A DNA stretch of 61,726 nucleotides, the filler included, from Rhabdomonas costata (lineage: Eukaryota), in the NCBI GenBank assembly GCA_019059605.1. It is 25 parts of 25 records of this genome, joined end to end, with 100 filler letters (N's around TTAATTAATTAA, not from the genome) between each part and the next. Parts side by side here need not be neighbours in the genome. Positions count along the whole stretch, not along the records: positions 24,787 to 27,152 come from JAHMHO010003770.1; positions 27,253 to 29,621 come from JAHMHO010003771.1; positions 29,722 to 32,087 come from JAHMHO010003772.1; positions 32,188 to 34,554 come from JAHMHO010003773.1; positions 34,655 to 37,015 come from JAHMHO010003774.1; positions 37,116 to 39,559 come from JAHMHO010003775.1; 19 more parts are not named here. One strand, 5' to 3'. Of the stretch, positions 25,335 to 37,696 are shown in pieces. A program made the position numbers and the translations under genes. Under the pieces are notes generated by a model. The model was given only the letters and a program-made list of their open reading frames with translations. It did no database searches and was not told where the DNA came from. The first letter of the stretch is position 1, and every line of letters starts with the position of its first letter.

Positions 25335-26917
25335 CTATGAGGCAGCCAACGACACTGAATTGGAGCCCAGGCTGCGCAAGGAGGCCAACGCCAAGGTCTG
25401 CAAGTCCCACAGCCGAGGCCGGTGGGCCGCCTTCTGAGCGAGGTTCATGGTCTCCCCAGGGTCGGAATCCAGGTTGAAGAGCTGAACATGGGTCAGCCTG
25501 CGTGGACCTGGACCCACCGCCCCAACCCCACCTCAACGCAGTCGAGAGTGTCTGAGAATCTGGACGAGGGCAATGCCGACAGGCACGATGAGGTCAGTCC
25601 ACTTTGGGTCAAACGGTCCACTTGGGGCAAAGTCAGAGGAACTAAGTGTGGGGCCCTGGACGCTGGAAGAACACAGCTGAAACCACCAGGGCTCGTAGCA
25701 CTACAAGACCCTTCGCTTCCCTTTTGCAGTCACGGAGAGAATAAAAAACAAAGCGATACCAGGCTAAACCAGGCTCCTCAAAACGCCTCGAACCTGCGCA
25801 CCACTGCTTAGCGAGCAAAAACAAAACATTCTTAAAAACTGGATATTGGAAATCTGAGTGTCAGGTGTGTTTGTTGGAGCCTCTATCGGCTTGTTCTACT
25901 TCAGCTTAAGAGGCGAAAGAAAATAGACCGCCAATTCGTCGCGGCGCAGGATCCTCACTACGCCTGCTTTCGGCATACCCCCGAGCTTCGCGACCAGCTT
26001 CCAGCTTCCGTTGCGGAACGCGAGCTGCTTATTCCACACCCACAGGAGGGCCCGTCCCGCGGCCCCGGAGACGGCGTCTCCCGCCACGCTCGGGCCGCCT
26101 CTCTCGGGGCACAACGGGGGCTGTCCGCGCCACGGCAGCAGAGAAGCGATGCTCAGGCCATCTAGAGCCAGAGACGAGGACAGGGTGCAGCACGCAAGGG
26201 CGCAGATGGTCGGCAGGAGGTCGAGAGAAGACACCACCTGAAAACGGAAAGGGTATGGCTGGCCATCCGGCAAGAGTGTTGCTGCGAGGAGGCAGACAAT
26301 GACGCAGAGCTTGCAGACCATCGCACTCGCTATTGCTGGAGCCCACGGACGCATAGACAGCTCTAAATTGGTAGTGAAATCCATAATGACCGCTCTTTCA
26401 TCCCAATTCGCTCCGATAACAAACAAAATTCGAACCTGGGGTAAACAAACAATGAAGGATGTCACAGCTTGCAGCTCAGGGCCAGAGTCGAAATACGAAA
26501 GGTCCCTTGAAGAAGTTCACAGAATAAAAATATTTGCAAGGAAAAGATTTTTGGGATGCCAATAACATTCCAAGTAATTTGTGAGCACTCTCCATTGGTT
26601 CGCAAGAAGCAAGAAGCAAATTCAAAAAGAGGACTGCACCCTCCCAAAGATGAAACTCATGTGCCCAAAAAATTGAGGCTGCCACTGCGCATTGTGTTTC
26701 ATCTTTCGAGTACACTGTGGACGCAAATGCACGCAAACCGTGTTAACGGCTGTGCCGGGGGTGAGGACCCCAGGCCACTGCGCCAGGGCAGGTACCCGGA
26801 GCCCTCCCTCGAAGACTCGGAACTTCCCCTCGCGAAGCCCGGCGTTCATCCCAGCGCTGTTCATCGTATCCGCCCCGTGGTCGCTCAGCAGAAGAACTAG
26901 GGTGCGCTGCAAAAGGC
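25335..26917 (-). CDS. Sulfatase (arylsulfatase family) C-terminal half, partial; exons ~26917-26739, 26237-~25930, last exon ending 25335
   Basis: TLVLLLSDHG...LREGKFRVFEGGLRVPALAQWPG...VSSLDLLPT...DGLS...RNGSWKLV...QLFNLDSDPGETMNLA. Confidence 0.92.
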
Positions 26918-28149
26918 CTTGGACCCCCCACCCCGCCGTCGTGCAAACGTTGAAAAGCAGACAACGTAGTTTAAGAGGGACTTCAGTCCGCTAACTCTTT
27001 TGGCATTGATTATGCGGTTCTTATCGTCATACGTGCTTCGTTTGCGGTACAGCTTTTTATATCCGACTTATCGAAAAACAACAGGGGCGGCCGATATCCA
27101 CCCGTAAAAGCGTAAAGGAGGGTGGATCACAGCATGCAAGGGACTTTGCAGCNNNNNNNNNNNNNNNNNNNNNNNNNNNNNNNNNNNNNNNNNNNNTTAA
27201 TTAATTAANNNNNNNNNNNNNNNNNNNNNNNNNNNNNNNNNNNNNNNNNNNNGGAAACTAGTCTCTGGAAACACCTTGATGTCATGGCTGTCTACCTCTG
27301 GAATGAGGAACACCATGGTGACCTGGACCGTTACAATGGTGTCATAGGTAACTGCCGGTAAGCGGAGATCCATGTGGCAGAGACCGTGTGATGTGTACTA
27401 CGCGGTAGTGTACGTCCAGAATGACGGCAATGCCATCAAGTGGTCTGGAAGCTCGTTGATCATCTCCTGGGTAACACGTCTAAATGCATTTAGGTCTGTG
27501 GACTACTTAAACAAATTGTATTGTGGCGGAAGTGGGCGTTAACCCTATTCGGACTTTGCGCATTTTATGTGCGAATACCAGTGACGCTGAAATAGCCCGC
27601 TGCGAACGGAGCGTCCTGATGATTTGGTGACGTTTCATTCTGTACGGTCAGGCAGAAATTTGGCTTTTGGTGTTTAACGGTGTTAAATTATTACACCTAT
27701 AACACCTTAAAACTTTCCATGCAGTGCATTCACAAAAATTTGCCTAATACTGCTATGACACGGATGCGAACATGAGGTCGTAGCCCAACACCGGAAGCGA
27801 CAAAGAAACAGCATCACTTCATGGCCCGCACATACCACTTCTTACTGGACAACATGGGGAAGTTGGTGACCTCGCTGTAAAAACGCTCAGCCATTGTGAC
27901 GACGAACGACCATATGAACGCGCTCACCACATCCGGCTGACATCGCCCGGGTATGACGCATCGATAGCAGCTAGGAGGCACCAACCACTATGACCACGCC
28001 ACTCCAAGCTGATCTTCCAACACACCCCAGGTATTATCTTAGCGCACATCGTAGTCAGTGTTGTCTGCATAACTATAGGTGCACACAGGTGGGGGTGGGA
28101 AAAAGAACACGCGCATGACAGAACTGCTGGCACACCCCACAACCACCCC

Positions 28150-28620
28150 TTACACGATCTGATGTCCTTCAACCCTCATGCACCTTCCTGGCCTTGAGCT
28201 GCTCATGACGCTAAGCTATGATAGCTCACACCATGACTCGCTCCAACAGTAATCCCATCATCGCAGCTCGACTGTTCATCCAGGGTCCAGACTCCGAGAC
28301 TCCCAACCCAGGCCCCCAGTCGTCAACGTCAGCTGATATCCAGGTCGTAGAGGTCACGCACTACCATGACAAAGCTCCCCAGGAAACCAAGGGCAGACAC
28401 CACCAAGTCCTTTGAAGTGAGAGCACATTCAGCTCCTGACAGTGCGTCCCACCCTCGGATGCAAACCCTCGAATGCGGACCCGTTCCACCTACAGCGACC
28501 CCTTCCCCAGCAACAAAGTACCCACGAAACCTGAAACACAAGAAGGCCCAATGGCTAACACTCGGCACGGTTGAAGGAATACCTCACGAAACACTCACGA
28601 AACACATACGAACCCCATCC
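28150..28620 (+). mobile_element. Possible decayed non-LTR retrotransposon C-terminus (restriction-like endonuclease region)
   Basis: Frame-broken fragments HTMTRSNS..IAARLFIQG, DIQVVEVTHYHD and LTLGTVEGIPHETL resemble, in order, the RHN, I-x-x-x-E-V and G-x-x-G motifs of RLE-type LINEs; stops and frameshifts present. Confidence 0.3.
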
Positions 28621-29435
28621 GAATTCAACACAAACCAGAAGGAGATACGAGCACCAGCACCCAACGCGAAAAGAACGTGTTCCAATAGATAATCTCGCTT
28701 TTATGGTTGTCACCAAGGATACTCACTCCGACACGAAACGGAACGAATTCGACCATCTTTCCGGGTTTCACGGCAAACTCGGCTCACTTAGGTACACCAT
28801 TACTCACTCACTTGCTGTTGAACAACGGCCCGTGGCAACGCAGGGTCAGTTATGATATCCGTCTCACGAGCGACCCCATAGCCTGCACACAAATCACCTA
28901 GCCCATAATCCGAAAGTCCAACGTTGGCAGCCAGCACAAAACCCACAAAAACAATTAGGGAAATACGTCGCACTAACTGGGAGATCCGCCATGAGCGTTG
29001 TAGCTTGGTGACAGGAGGCCAAATTATCTGAACTTAGAGAACAAGAGAGCCTGCGTTCCAAAACCCATACGAGAAAATGAGACCCCCCCAACATCCTGAA
29101 GCCATCCGTAAGACCGTAATGCATCGAGATAAGGCCTGAAATCTACGTAATCATCTATGCACATACCAACTGCTAAAAAAAAATACCAAGATATCTACAT
29201 CTATAAACAAGATTAGTAAAGATATACTGTATTTGAGTATTGAGCATGGCATTTTGCGTTTTTTGTGATTGCTCCACCTTTTTACTATTGCAAGCGAAAT
29301 AAACTCGGAGTACAGTTGGAGAGAGCCTGCGATAATGTCTCGTATTGGTGTATTGGTGTGTCATCACGTGGCCCGCCTCTGAATGAAGGTGCAGTGCTAC
29401 AGCCAGAGGAAGTCAGTCTCAAGCCTGCCTTTCCA

Positions 29436-29527
29436 TCACAGCCAGCGCTGCACAAGCTCGGCCACCGAAGATGACTGCTCCAAGCAGAAAACATGCACCA
29501 GTCCGGACCTGTCCTCCACCACAGTAG
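29436..29527 (-). CDS. Probable terminal exon of unknown gene
   Basis: ctgcag acceptor, then TVVEDRSGLVHVFCLEQSSSVAELVQRWL-stop. Confidence 0.3.
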
Positions 29528-29721
29528 CTGCAGGGAAAAACGGAATCCACAGCCCCACCACGGCAAACACACACAAGCAACAACCAACAACCAACACACA
29601 CACACACACACACACACAACCNNNNNNNNNNNNNNNNNNNNNNNNNNNNNNNNNNNNNNNNNNNNTTAATTAATTAANNNNNNNNNNNNNNNNNNNNNNN
29701 NNNNNNNNNNNNNNNNNNNNN

Positions 29722-31874
29722 GTGTGGTGGTGGCCGGACTGCCTCACCGTCGACTTCAAGGTGATCCCCGTGGACCTCCACGAAAATCCTCCGCGGTGTG
29801 TGGATGTGCGCAGCGTACTGAAGGACCGAAGTGGCGCATTATTTTTGAACAAAGTTGCACTCTTGGGCTTGGGGCGGTTCAGGTTTGAGCTTTTCTTCAC
29901 TGCGAGGCACCGGTGCCAAAGTGTTGACTTGCTGTACCAGGCCGCTGGCTTGGCTACAGCCCCAGGACGTATCGTCGAACTTCCGATGGCTTCTGCCTGT
30001 GTGGCGGAGTGTGCCTTCGACCGGAACAAGGGAGCCTGGGTATTGACGTGCACGCACACGCACAGACGCTTACATGAGACACAACTGTGCGCTGTGCGCT
30101 CTAAATATAAACGCATATAAATCACCCTTGGTACAAGGGGCACTTTTTTGTTGGGTTAGCACAGGAGCACTACTGAACTGGACTCGTTCGGACAATACAT
30201 GTGCTGGGATTTTGTGGTGGACCCCAAGTCAAGGTGTGTTGCCTTTGGCACCTCCTCCTCCTCCGGCTCGAGTCGACCCCGACGAAGGAAAAAGAATGCC
30301 AAGCAGAAGTTGGCATCTGGGGCATAAAAATAAGCAGGGAAAAATTTAGACGGGAATTCAGGTGGGGACTGGAAGGAGAATTCAGGGCGGTGCGGTTCTC
30401 ACGCGGGAGTGAGGGTACAACCGTGGTTTCATGGATTTAGGGTTGGTGCGAGACGGCAATTGCCAACTCACAAGAAGAAGCGCAACGTCAATAGGTACGG
30501 AAAATGATTGCGCTCGCCTGGCGCTTGCCAGTATGGCTTGCACTGCCGCTGCACAGGTCGCGATCGGGATACGGACGGACAAGGACCATGGCAACGGCCT
30601 GCACGCCGTGAGCAGCGTGCTGGAGAACGTCCTGCAGGGGCTATCTGTCGCCGAGCTGGTGGCCCGGCTGTGCGGCGAGGGTAAACCCCTCGTGGCTGTC
30701 ATGTTTTTTTTAGGGCGGAAGTGAATGGGGTTGGGTGGCTTGGACTGAAGCTTCGCCATTTAGGGACTCTGGTCCTCTCCTTCGTAAACCGACGAGTCCG
30801 CAACGGGACAAATCGCCCAACTGATCCAATAATGAAGCAGCACCGCTGGAGCGGGCGCGGGCGCGGCCCTGACACCAGCTGGCAGCTCGCTCACGAAGAA
30901 AGTCGTATTTCATGCACACGGAAGAAATGCCGCACAGTCAGCAAATAGCCCTCGCATCTCGCATATGCCGTCAGCCGACAATGGATGGATTGTTGGGATG
31001 ATCGGTTGTGGGGCTGGTGCAGGAAAAGATGATCCTGAAGAGGCATCCTGCGCGAGCTCAGCTCTGGCGGAGGCCCACTTCCGTGTCGACCGCTCCCGGA
31101 TGACGAAGGAGCTGATGCTGCAAGTCTACTTCTCGATTCCTGGAAGGAAGGTTCACTGGGCGTGCACAGATGGAGCGTGAATGCTGATGGGATGAGCCTT
31201 GATGCAAGTCTTTTGTCAAGGGTCTCCATGTGTGTTGTAGGTTGTGGTGGCGGTTGCCTTGTTTGAACGTCGTGTAATATTTCTTCTCTTTCATTTTTCT
31301 GTTTCCGATTTATATCAAGGCCCCCTTGTTTTGGCTGTCGTGCCATGCGACGTGGCCATGGGGTTTCAACATGCCTAGTCCGCGTGAACAAATTTTTGAC
31401 CCAATAAATGCTTTGTGCGGGCGAACTACTCTTCTTCTTCTTTCCAAAAATAGAAAGGCGATGCTCCTTCCTTGATGTGGGTTGATTACATCGCCCTGAA
31501 AGAGTGCTTTGGCTACGGATTCAGCGAGTTCCGCGCCAAGGGCGGCAACGTTGCCCTCGTGTCGGAGATCTCCCAGCACCTTCCACAAGGCACCTTGTGC
31601 GTCAGAGCCAGGTGTCGTTCGCGGACGCCATCCTGCATCCGCAGGGAATATTTTGACGCCTCAGCGTAGAAATCGTAAGAATCAAGGGAATCGCAAGGGC
31701 GACCTCCTCTTCTCCCATCCCGAGCCGATTTCCATCTCCCCATTCTAATGATTGGTTTTGGGACTTCCGTTGCCTCCCCTTCTTGCTTGTCCATTTTCCT
31801 GAACTGGGAATCGGTCCTCAGGTTTCATCCTGCGAAGGGGCGCTGGGAGGTGTTCAGCGGAACCGGAGTCCTCG
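29722..31874 (+). CDS. mRNA-capping guanylyltransferase-like protein, C-terminal OB domain plus extension, partial; exons <29722-29795, 29883-30039, 30557-30680, 31023-31150, 31454-31611, 31822-31874
   Basis: PDCLTVDFKV...VAECAFDRNKGAWVAIGIRTDKDHGNGLHAVSSVLENVLQGLSVAEL matches the capping-enzyme TVDF, ECxF..W and motif VI RxDK..N pattern; introns in phase. Confidence 0.78.
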
Positions 31875-32529
31875 GTATGTGCCTGGTGCAGCAGCTTTCC
31901 CCCTTTCCCCCTTTCTCACACTCTCGGAATTTGCTCGTCGCCTGTGTGAAGAGCTCGCCTCTTGCTCGTCCACCTGTCACCACTTGCTATCCTATCTCAG
32001 AGTTCAACTCCGCGTATTTAACGCACCATTTCTGATTCTTTCTGATTCTAACCCAGTTCCCTTCCGCGATAAATTGGCCACAACCACNNNNNNNNNNNNN
32101 NNNNNNNNNNNNNNNNNNNNNNNNNNNNNNNTTAATTAATTAANNNNNNNNNNNNNNNNNNNNNNNNNNNNNNNNNNNNNNNNNNNNTGTGTTGTGTGAT
32201 ATACTCCGTGCGGTCATACTCTGTCTGTCTATGTATGTACTCGCTGGCATTGTCTGCGCTAGGCAGGGTGGTTTGTGACCTGTTGACGTTGCGACCTGTT
32301 GTTGTGTTTTCGTAGTCTTTGTGGTGAAGTGAACATCTCATCCGCTCCTAACCTGAACGTGTGAGGTCGGAGTGGATGTCCGTGCTTGTCCGTGTTGTGT
32401 CTGTCTTAATTGTTTTTTATGCGAGTGCATCTCCGCCCACTCTCCCCGCTTCTTTACTCCGGTTTGCTTCTGTGCCCAATGAGTGCATTCTCTATGTGTC
32501 TGTGAATGTGTGTGTGTGTGTGCGAATAG

Positions 32530-33638
32530 GACTCCTCGGGACGCACCCCCTTCGACACTGCCGTGAGGCAGGCGGAGAGGCTGTGGCGGCAGGCCCCCCC
32601 GGCGATTGTGGAGATGGTGAAGGCCCTTCGGGGGTTCGGGATAGCCCATGCCGTGCAGGTCAGTGCATTCGTCCCCTGTTCTCCTTTCTCCACTCTGATC
32701 CGACTTACATTTGCATCGGCGCACCTAAATGTTCGCTGCATTTTTGGAAACACTCGCGGTGGGACACTGCAAAAAGCTTGTTGCTGCTAACCGGTTCTCC
32801 ATCATTTGGATTCGAAACAGATTTCATGCGTCTCTATGTGTATTAAAATGCTTTTTCTTAATTTTCTTCTTTTTATGGTCTTATCCCTGTAGTAGTGTGA
32901 AAAACTACGGTTTAAGGACATTTTTGTACTGATATCGCCATGAAAGGATTCATGTTCACGACAGCGATGTTTTTGTATTCCTGCAAAATCAGTAACTGCT
33001 GGATGTAAATACCCTCGTGTCATCTATTCAAGCAGCATGACCATGTGACCATGAGTTGTCTCCATCCGGCTGCAAGTTGGCGTTTATGTGATGCGCGAAG
33101 ACGGGTCCTTGCTCATTGTCAGAGCAAAAATACCCGCACATGTTTGAATAACCAGCTAGCATACAGCCCACATCCCCGCAGAAAAAGTTGGACATTCCGC
33201 CAGCCTGCTCAGGTCTGTTGAGATTCCGGTTTTGTGTTTTGTGGTTTTGCACAGACTGCTCTGCATTGCGCTTTCATCCAGGGAACTGTCAGGAGAGAAA
33301 AACATGCAACTTCTCACTGGGAAGTGGATAACTTTTATCTCCATCGAGCGAATCCGCGTTTGGTCGGCCTTTGGTGTTCCGCTGTCGTCAGCTACCGCTC
33401 GCCTTTGGTTCAGTGCCCTTTTCTGCAGCCCAAGCAGGGGGACACCGTCGTTAGAGGCCCAGACTTCGCCGGTGGCGCGGACGGCGGTGCGGGGAAAAGA
33501 GGACAGGTCGTGCAGATCGACCACGGCACTATGCCTTTCTTGGTTCGCTGGGAGGCCACCGAGCAAGAGGAGTGGTGCTACCCGTGCACCGAGGATCGCT
33601 GCCAGCTTCTCGTCGTGGAGTCTGCGGACGGCTCAGAG
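32530..33638 (+). CDS. Ankyrin-repeat end followed by a MIB/HERC2 domain, partial; exons 32530-32658, 33429-33638
   Basis: DSSGRTPFDTA (ankyrin GxTP) and GDTVVRGPDFAGGADGGAGKRGQVVQID...VRWE (MIB/HERC2 VVRGPDW..DGG.G..G.V). Confidence 0.78.
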
Positions 33639-34789
33639 GTCTGCTGGCGCCAGGCGCCAGTTGCTTCCACGGTTTCACTTAAGCAAGACTGCCTTTTTGC
33701 AGACAAAACATACAATCACCTCGACAGGCAATTTGCAAAAAAAAACCTGCACAGCAGAAACAAAATACACAAACACACACTCTGGTCTTCCCGGAATTAA
33801 AACAATAAAGACGGACTCGTCAGATGCACAACCTACGTGAAGACACGGCAGGGTTGGTTTCTGTCCGTCCATGACCAGTACGCACATTTTGTGGGGAAAA
33901 GGAGTTGATTCGTGCAGCCCTGTCGTATAAATCCCCTATTGGTTTCCGCGCTTGCGCTCGTGAAACTTCTTTTTTGCAACGATATCAGGCGCACGAAAAG
34001 AAAAAGGAGCACAACGCCCTCCCACTCGCCGCCTGGCACAGACATACTCACGCGCTGTCCGTGTTCTCTCTCTGGCTCTGATGCCCTCTGTGCCTCGTGG
34101 ATCTGTGGTCCGGAGCTGCAAAAAAAACCCTCCGTGCGAGCACCCAGGCTGCGCGCGTCTAGGTTAGGGGCAGCTTTTCTTTTCTTTTCTTTCCATCATC
34201 GCTCTCCTTCACGGGTATGTTTCTTTTCTGTCTTTACATCGCACATACACAAACACGAACCAACAGACACAACTGTCCCTAATTCAAAGAATAAAACTCT
34301 CAACACCACGGTTGCAAACAACCCAGCAATGAGGGTCCAAGGCAGTCGCAGGTGATGTGCTGATGCCGTGCTGATGTGCTGAAGACCCAACTGCTAACTG
34401 CTGCGCCGGGGGTCGAAACGCCAGTGACTTCAATGGCTCATGAGATCTGATAGCTGCTACACTCAAAGTTCACCCTTGTTTACACACACACACCCGCGCG
34501 CGCACGCACCCATACACGCCTCTCCCATTTGCCATGACCAATGCCATACGCGCGNNNNNNNNNNNNNNNNNNNNNNNNNNNNNNNNNNNNNNNNNNNNTT
34601 AATTAATTAANNNNNNNNNNNNNNNNNNNNNNNNNNNNNNNNNNNNNNNNNNNNGTTGTTGTTTTGGACAATGTGTACTTATTAGAAATAGGATGATGAT
34701 ACCAAAAGCCCTAGAAGCTTGTAAAGAAGATTACTGACACGCCGTTTGTTTTGTATATATTGAAGGAGTTGAGAGGTAGAGAACATCCA

Positions 34790-35520
34790 GTGTTTAACTA
34801 CGGCGACCTCCTCCATTACCAGGCGCTAGTTTTAGATCACGTGTGGATGTTTCCAGATTGTGGTGAATATGAAGGTGGCAGTCAATGACACTACGAACAT
34901 GGAGACGCTCTATATCCAGATGAGGAGGTATCTCGATCGGTAGAGAGGTAGAAATCATAGAGTTTAGTTTCGGATTCATAAGTAGATGTGGAACGTGGTG
35001 AGCTGTAGGATGTTTCTAGAACAATAAAAGTCGAGAACCACAGTGGAAGGCTTAAGGGAAGATAAATACATGTATTCATTGGAGTTGCAAGATAAATTGA
35101 AAATATAGACTCGATGGAATATTCAGTAAGATGGGACGAAGAGTCCTGGCAACTAAGACGATGAGTACAAGTCACTTGCAAGACAAAAGCCCTTGAGAAG
35201 GATTGTGTCAAACGACTGGAACAGGTGTGGTGTACAAACTAAGAAGAGGAGGAAGTTTAAGAGTTTAAGAGTTTTTGGAGTTTTCTGCTATACAAGTGAA
35301 GTACGACATTGAACCGGAAGACTAATACGTGGCAGATGAGAAGCTGACAGGCGGAGAAATTGTAGATGCGGAAGCCAGATAAAGTGTAACCAAGATGATG
35401 CGCAGTTGTTGAGCAAATAATTCTAGCTTATAAAATACTTACACCATCCTGCCAAAGAGTGATGGTAAAGCAGCCAGGAGCCTTGCCATAGGGTTTAAAA
35501 TATATATGAGGAGATAAAGC
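34790..35520 (-). mobile_element. Decayed Ty3/gypsy integrase fragment
   Basis: Broken motifs KPYGKAPGCF..LWQDGVS (G.L.PL..W..IS.DF) and SFSSATY.SSG (STAYHPQSDG-like); AT-rich with many stops. Confidence 0.5.
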
Positions 35521-35599
35521 CAGAGGCGTTGCGGTAGAGATCGAGTAGTAGCAGAGCAATCGAGATGTAGCATGGAATGGAGACAGGCTAAAGATATCT

Positions 35600-36217
35600 A
35601 CATACATAGCCTTAAGAGGAGAGTGCAGTGGCACCACAACAGCATAGCATAAAGTATAAAACCAAATGAAGCTGCATATAATGGTTAAACTGAAGAACAT
35701 CAGGTACTATTTTTGTATCAAAACCAAATGGATGGTGTTGTAATACATACCTATCAACAAGCTGTGACTGGTGGTCAATTACACCCTTCTTTGCATCAAT
35801 ACGCATGATCAATTTGCCAATAGCATCTTCTTCTCCACCACTTACATTCAATCTATCCCCAAACAGATCTGGTTCAAATCATGTGTAGCGCACATTTTTC
35901 AAGACAAAATACGGCACGTTCGCCTACCATGCAACACCGTTAGACTATGCAATTCCACAGATACCTTCCAGAAGACTATAAACGTTATATTCCAAAAGAT
36001 GCTGAAGTTAGCATGCGCATCAATTAAAGGCACATTTGTCCACATTAAGACTGAGAAAGATATTGACAAAGAGATGCTGTCTTTGGTCGAAGCGCTGGAG
36101 TATTTGAGAAAATATCTACTAGTATCAAAGCTCCACATATACTCCAAAATCAGCTCTTACTTGCTCGCATCAGAAGGTAAGCCTGTAAAAGCTGCAGTTA
36201 TACATACAGCTGAATAA
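35600..36217 (+). mobile_element. Decayed Ty3/gypsy reverse transcriptase and RNase H fragment with internal deletion
   Basis: RLVVNY..DQFANSIFFST..QI; RLCNSTDTFQKTINVIF (FGLCNAPATFQ); DKEMLSLVEALEYLRKYLL..IYS (RNase H DKELLAIV.AL..WR.YL). Confidence 0.8.
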
Positions 36218-36842
36218 TGCTCACATCTGTGTAAAATCTAATAAAAACATGACGCGTTGTAACGCATCCATATGTTGTGTGACTACGTTTCATGTTGTCT
36301 AGGAAATACCATGATTATAACAGCCGCTACGTTTCATGCTTCGGTTTCATGTACTCGTGCATGTGAATGAAATTAACACACTTGTATTGGATTCTAAATT
36401 CTAGGAGTCGGAGTTATCAGCGTACGTACGCAAGTTATTTTTGGTGGTATTTGACATGGCAAGTGATCAATACACTAATTTGAAGGTTCCTTTACTGTAT
36501 TTGACAGGGTTATGTATTAATGCGCACCTTCCGATGATTATTTTACTGTAATTTGACATGGATGTGGAACAAGTTTGCTTATTACTTAGGACTGCACTGA
36601 AAAGACATCTTCAAAATGTACGTGTTGTGTTCTTTCAGGTGCTCTACTGGTTATATGCCTCAAGTATTTGTACAGGGGACTCACTTGGTGAGCACCGATT
36701 TGGTCCTTTCAAGTTCATGCCAAACGTCAAGGATGGAATCTTGTCTGGGGCCACCATTCTTTTTGAATAATTAATGTACCATTGGACTCAGATGCAGACT
36801 ATTGGATGTTTTAATTGTTCAGTGTGTCAAAAAGATGGTGAT

Positions 36843-37011
36843 TTTGTGTCTATCTGATCTATTGTATATATTTTGTTTCTATCTGATGCGCATGTACCCA
36901 CAAACAGCATTGACGTTTCATAAATAGGGTATTTATCTACTCAATGCTGTTTGTGGGTACATGCGCATCAGATAGAAACAAAATATATACAATAGATCAG
37001 ATAGACACAAA
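36843..37011. repeat. Perfect 71-bp inverted repeat (36843-36913 / 36941-37011, 27-nt loop) at a contig end
   Basis: The arms are exact reverse complements; terminal position suggests an amplification fold-back. Confidence 0.9.
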
Positions 37012-37152
37012 CCACNNNNNNNNNNNNNNNNNNNNNNNNNNNNNNNNNNNNNNNNNNNNTTAATTAATTAANNNNNNNNNNNNNNNNNNNNNNNNNNNNN
37101 NNNNNNNNNNNNNNNGTGGGTGTGTGGGGATGGGCACGGCGCACACTCTCAC

Positions 37153-37269
37153 CCCAATGCCCGTAGTGTCGTCCAGCACGAACAGCAGCACCGTCAACGC
37201 GCCAAAAAACCAACAGGTGTGCAGAACAAGCAGCACAAGGACACGCCACAGCACACCGCGCCAAGGCGC

Positions 37270-37272
<3 letters not shown>
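37153..37272 (-). CDS. First exon of a membrane or secreted protein
   Basis: ATG, then MAPWRGVLWRVLVLLVLHTCWFFGALTVLLFVLDDTTGIG ending at a gtgaga donor. Confidence 0.5.
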
Positions 37273-37315
<43 letters not shown>

Positions 37316-37696
37316 GGAAGCAAAGCGTCCTCGGACGGGGGGGAAGAGAAACGCGAGTCTTCCCCAGAGAAAAGTGGTCCCGGCCAAGTGCACAAAGTGT
37401 GTGTGTGTAAAGTTGTAAAGTTGCTTCCTCGAGCCAGGTTCAGCGTTCTCGTGAAGTTGTTCATTCAGGGAACACGCAGCGTTTACCGGGCCCATTGTAC
37501 ATAGAAAAGATCTTTGGGCCTGCTCCGGCTCTGCCTTTTGTATGGCCTTGGGGTAATAAAAAAAATGTACGGTAGTAAAGCACCGTTTCGGTGGTACTTT
37601 CGGTTCGAAGTTCTGAGCACCTGATAGAACCTGGCGAAAGTCTTTCTCCTGAAAATTGGGGTGATTTTTGCTCACCGTTGTTCACCTTGGTCGCAG

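Noticed and set aside
36843..37011. Terminal hairpins here and at 52002-52108 as MITEs or ncRNA precursors
   Set aside because: Both are perfect and sit at contig termini of apparently amplified DNA, typical of fold-back artefacts; I saw no target-site duplications.
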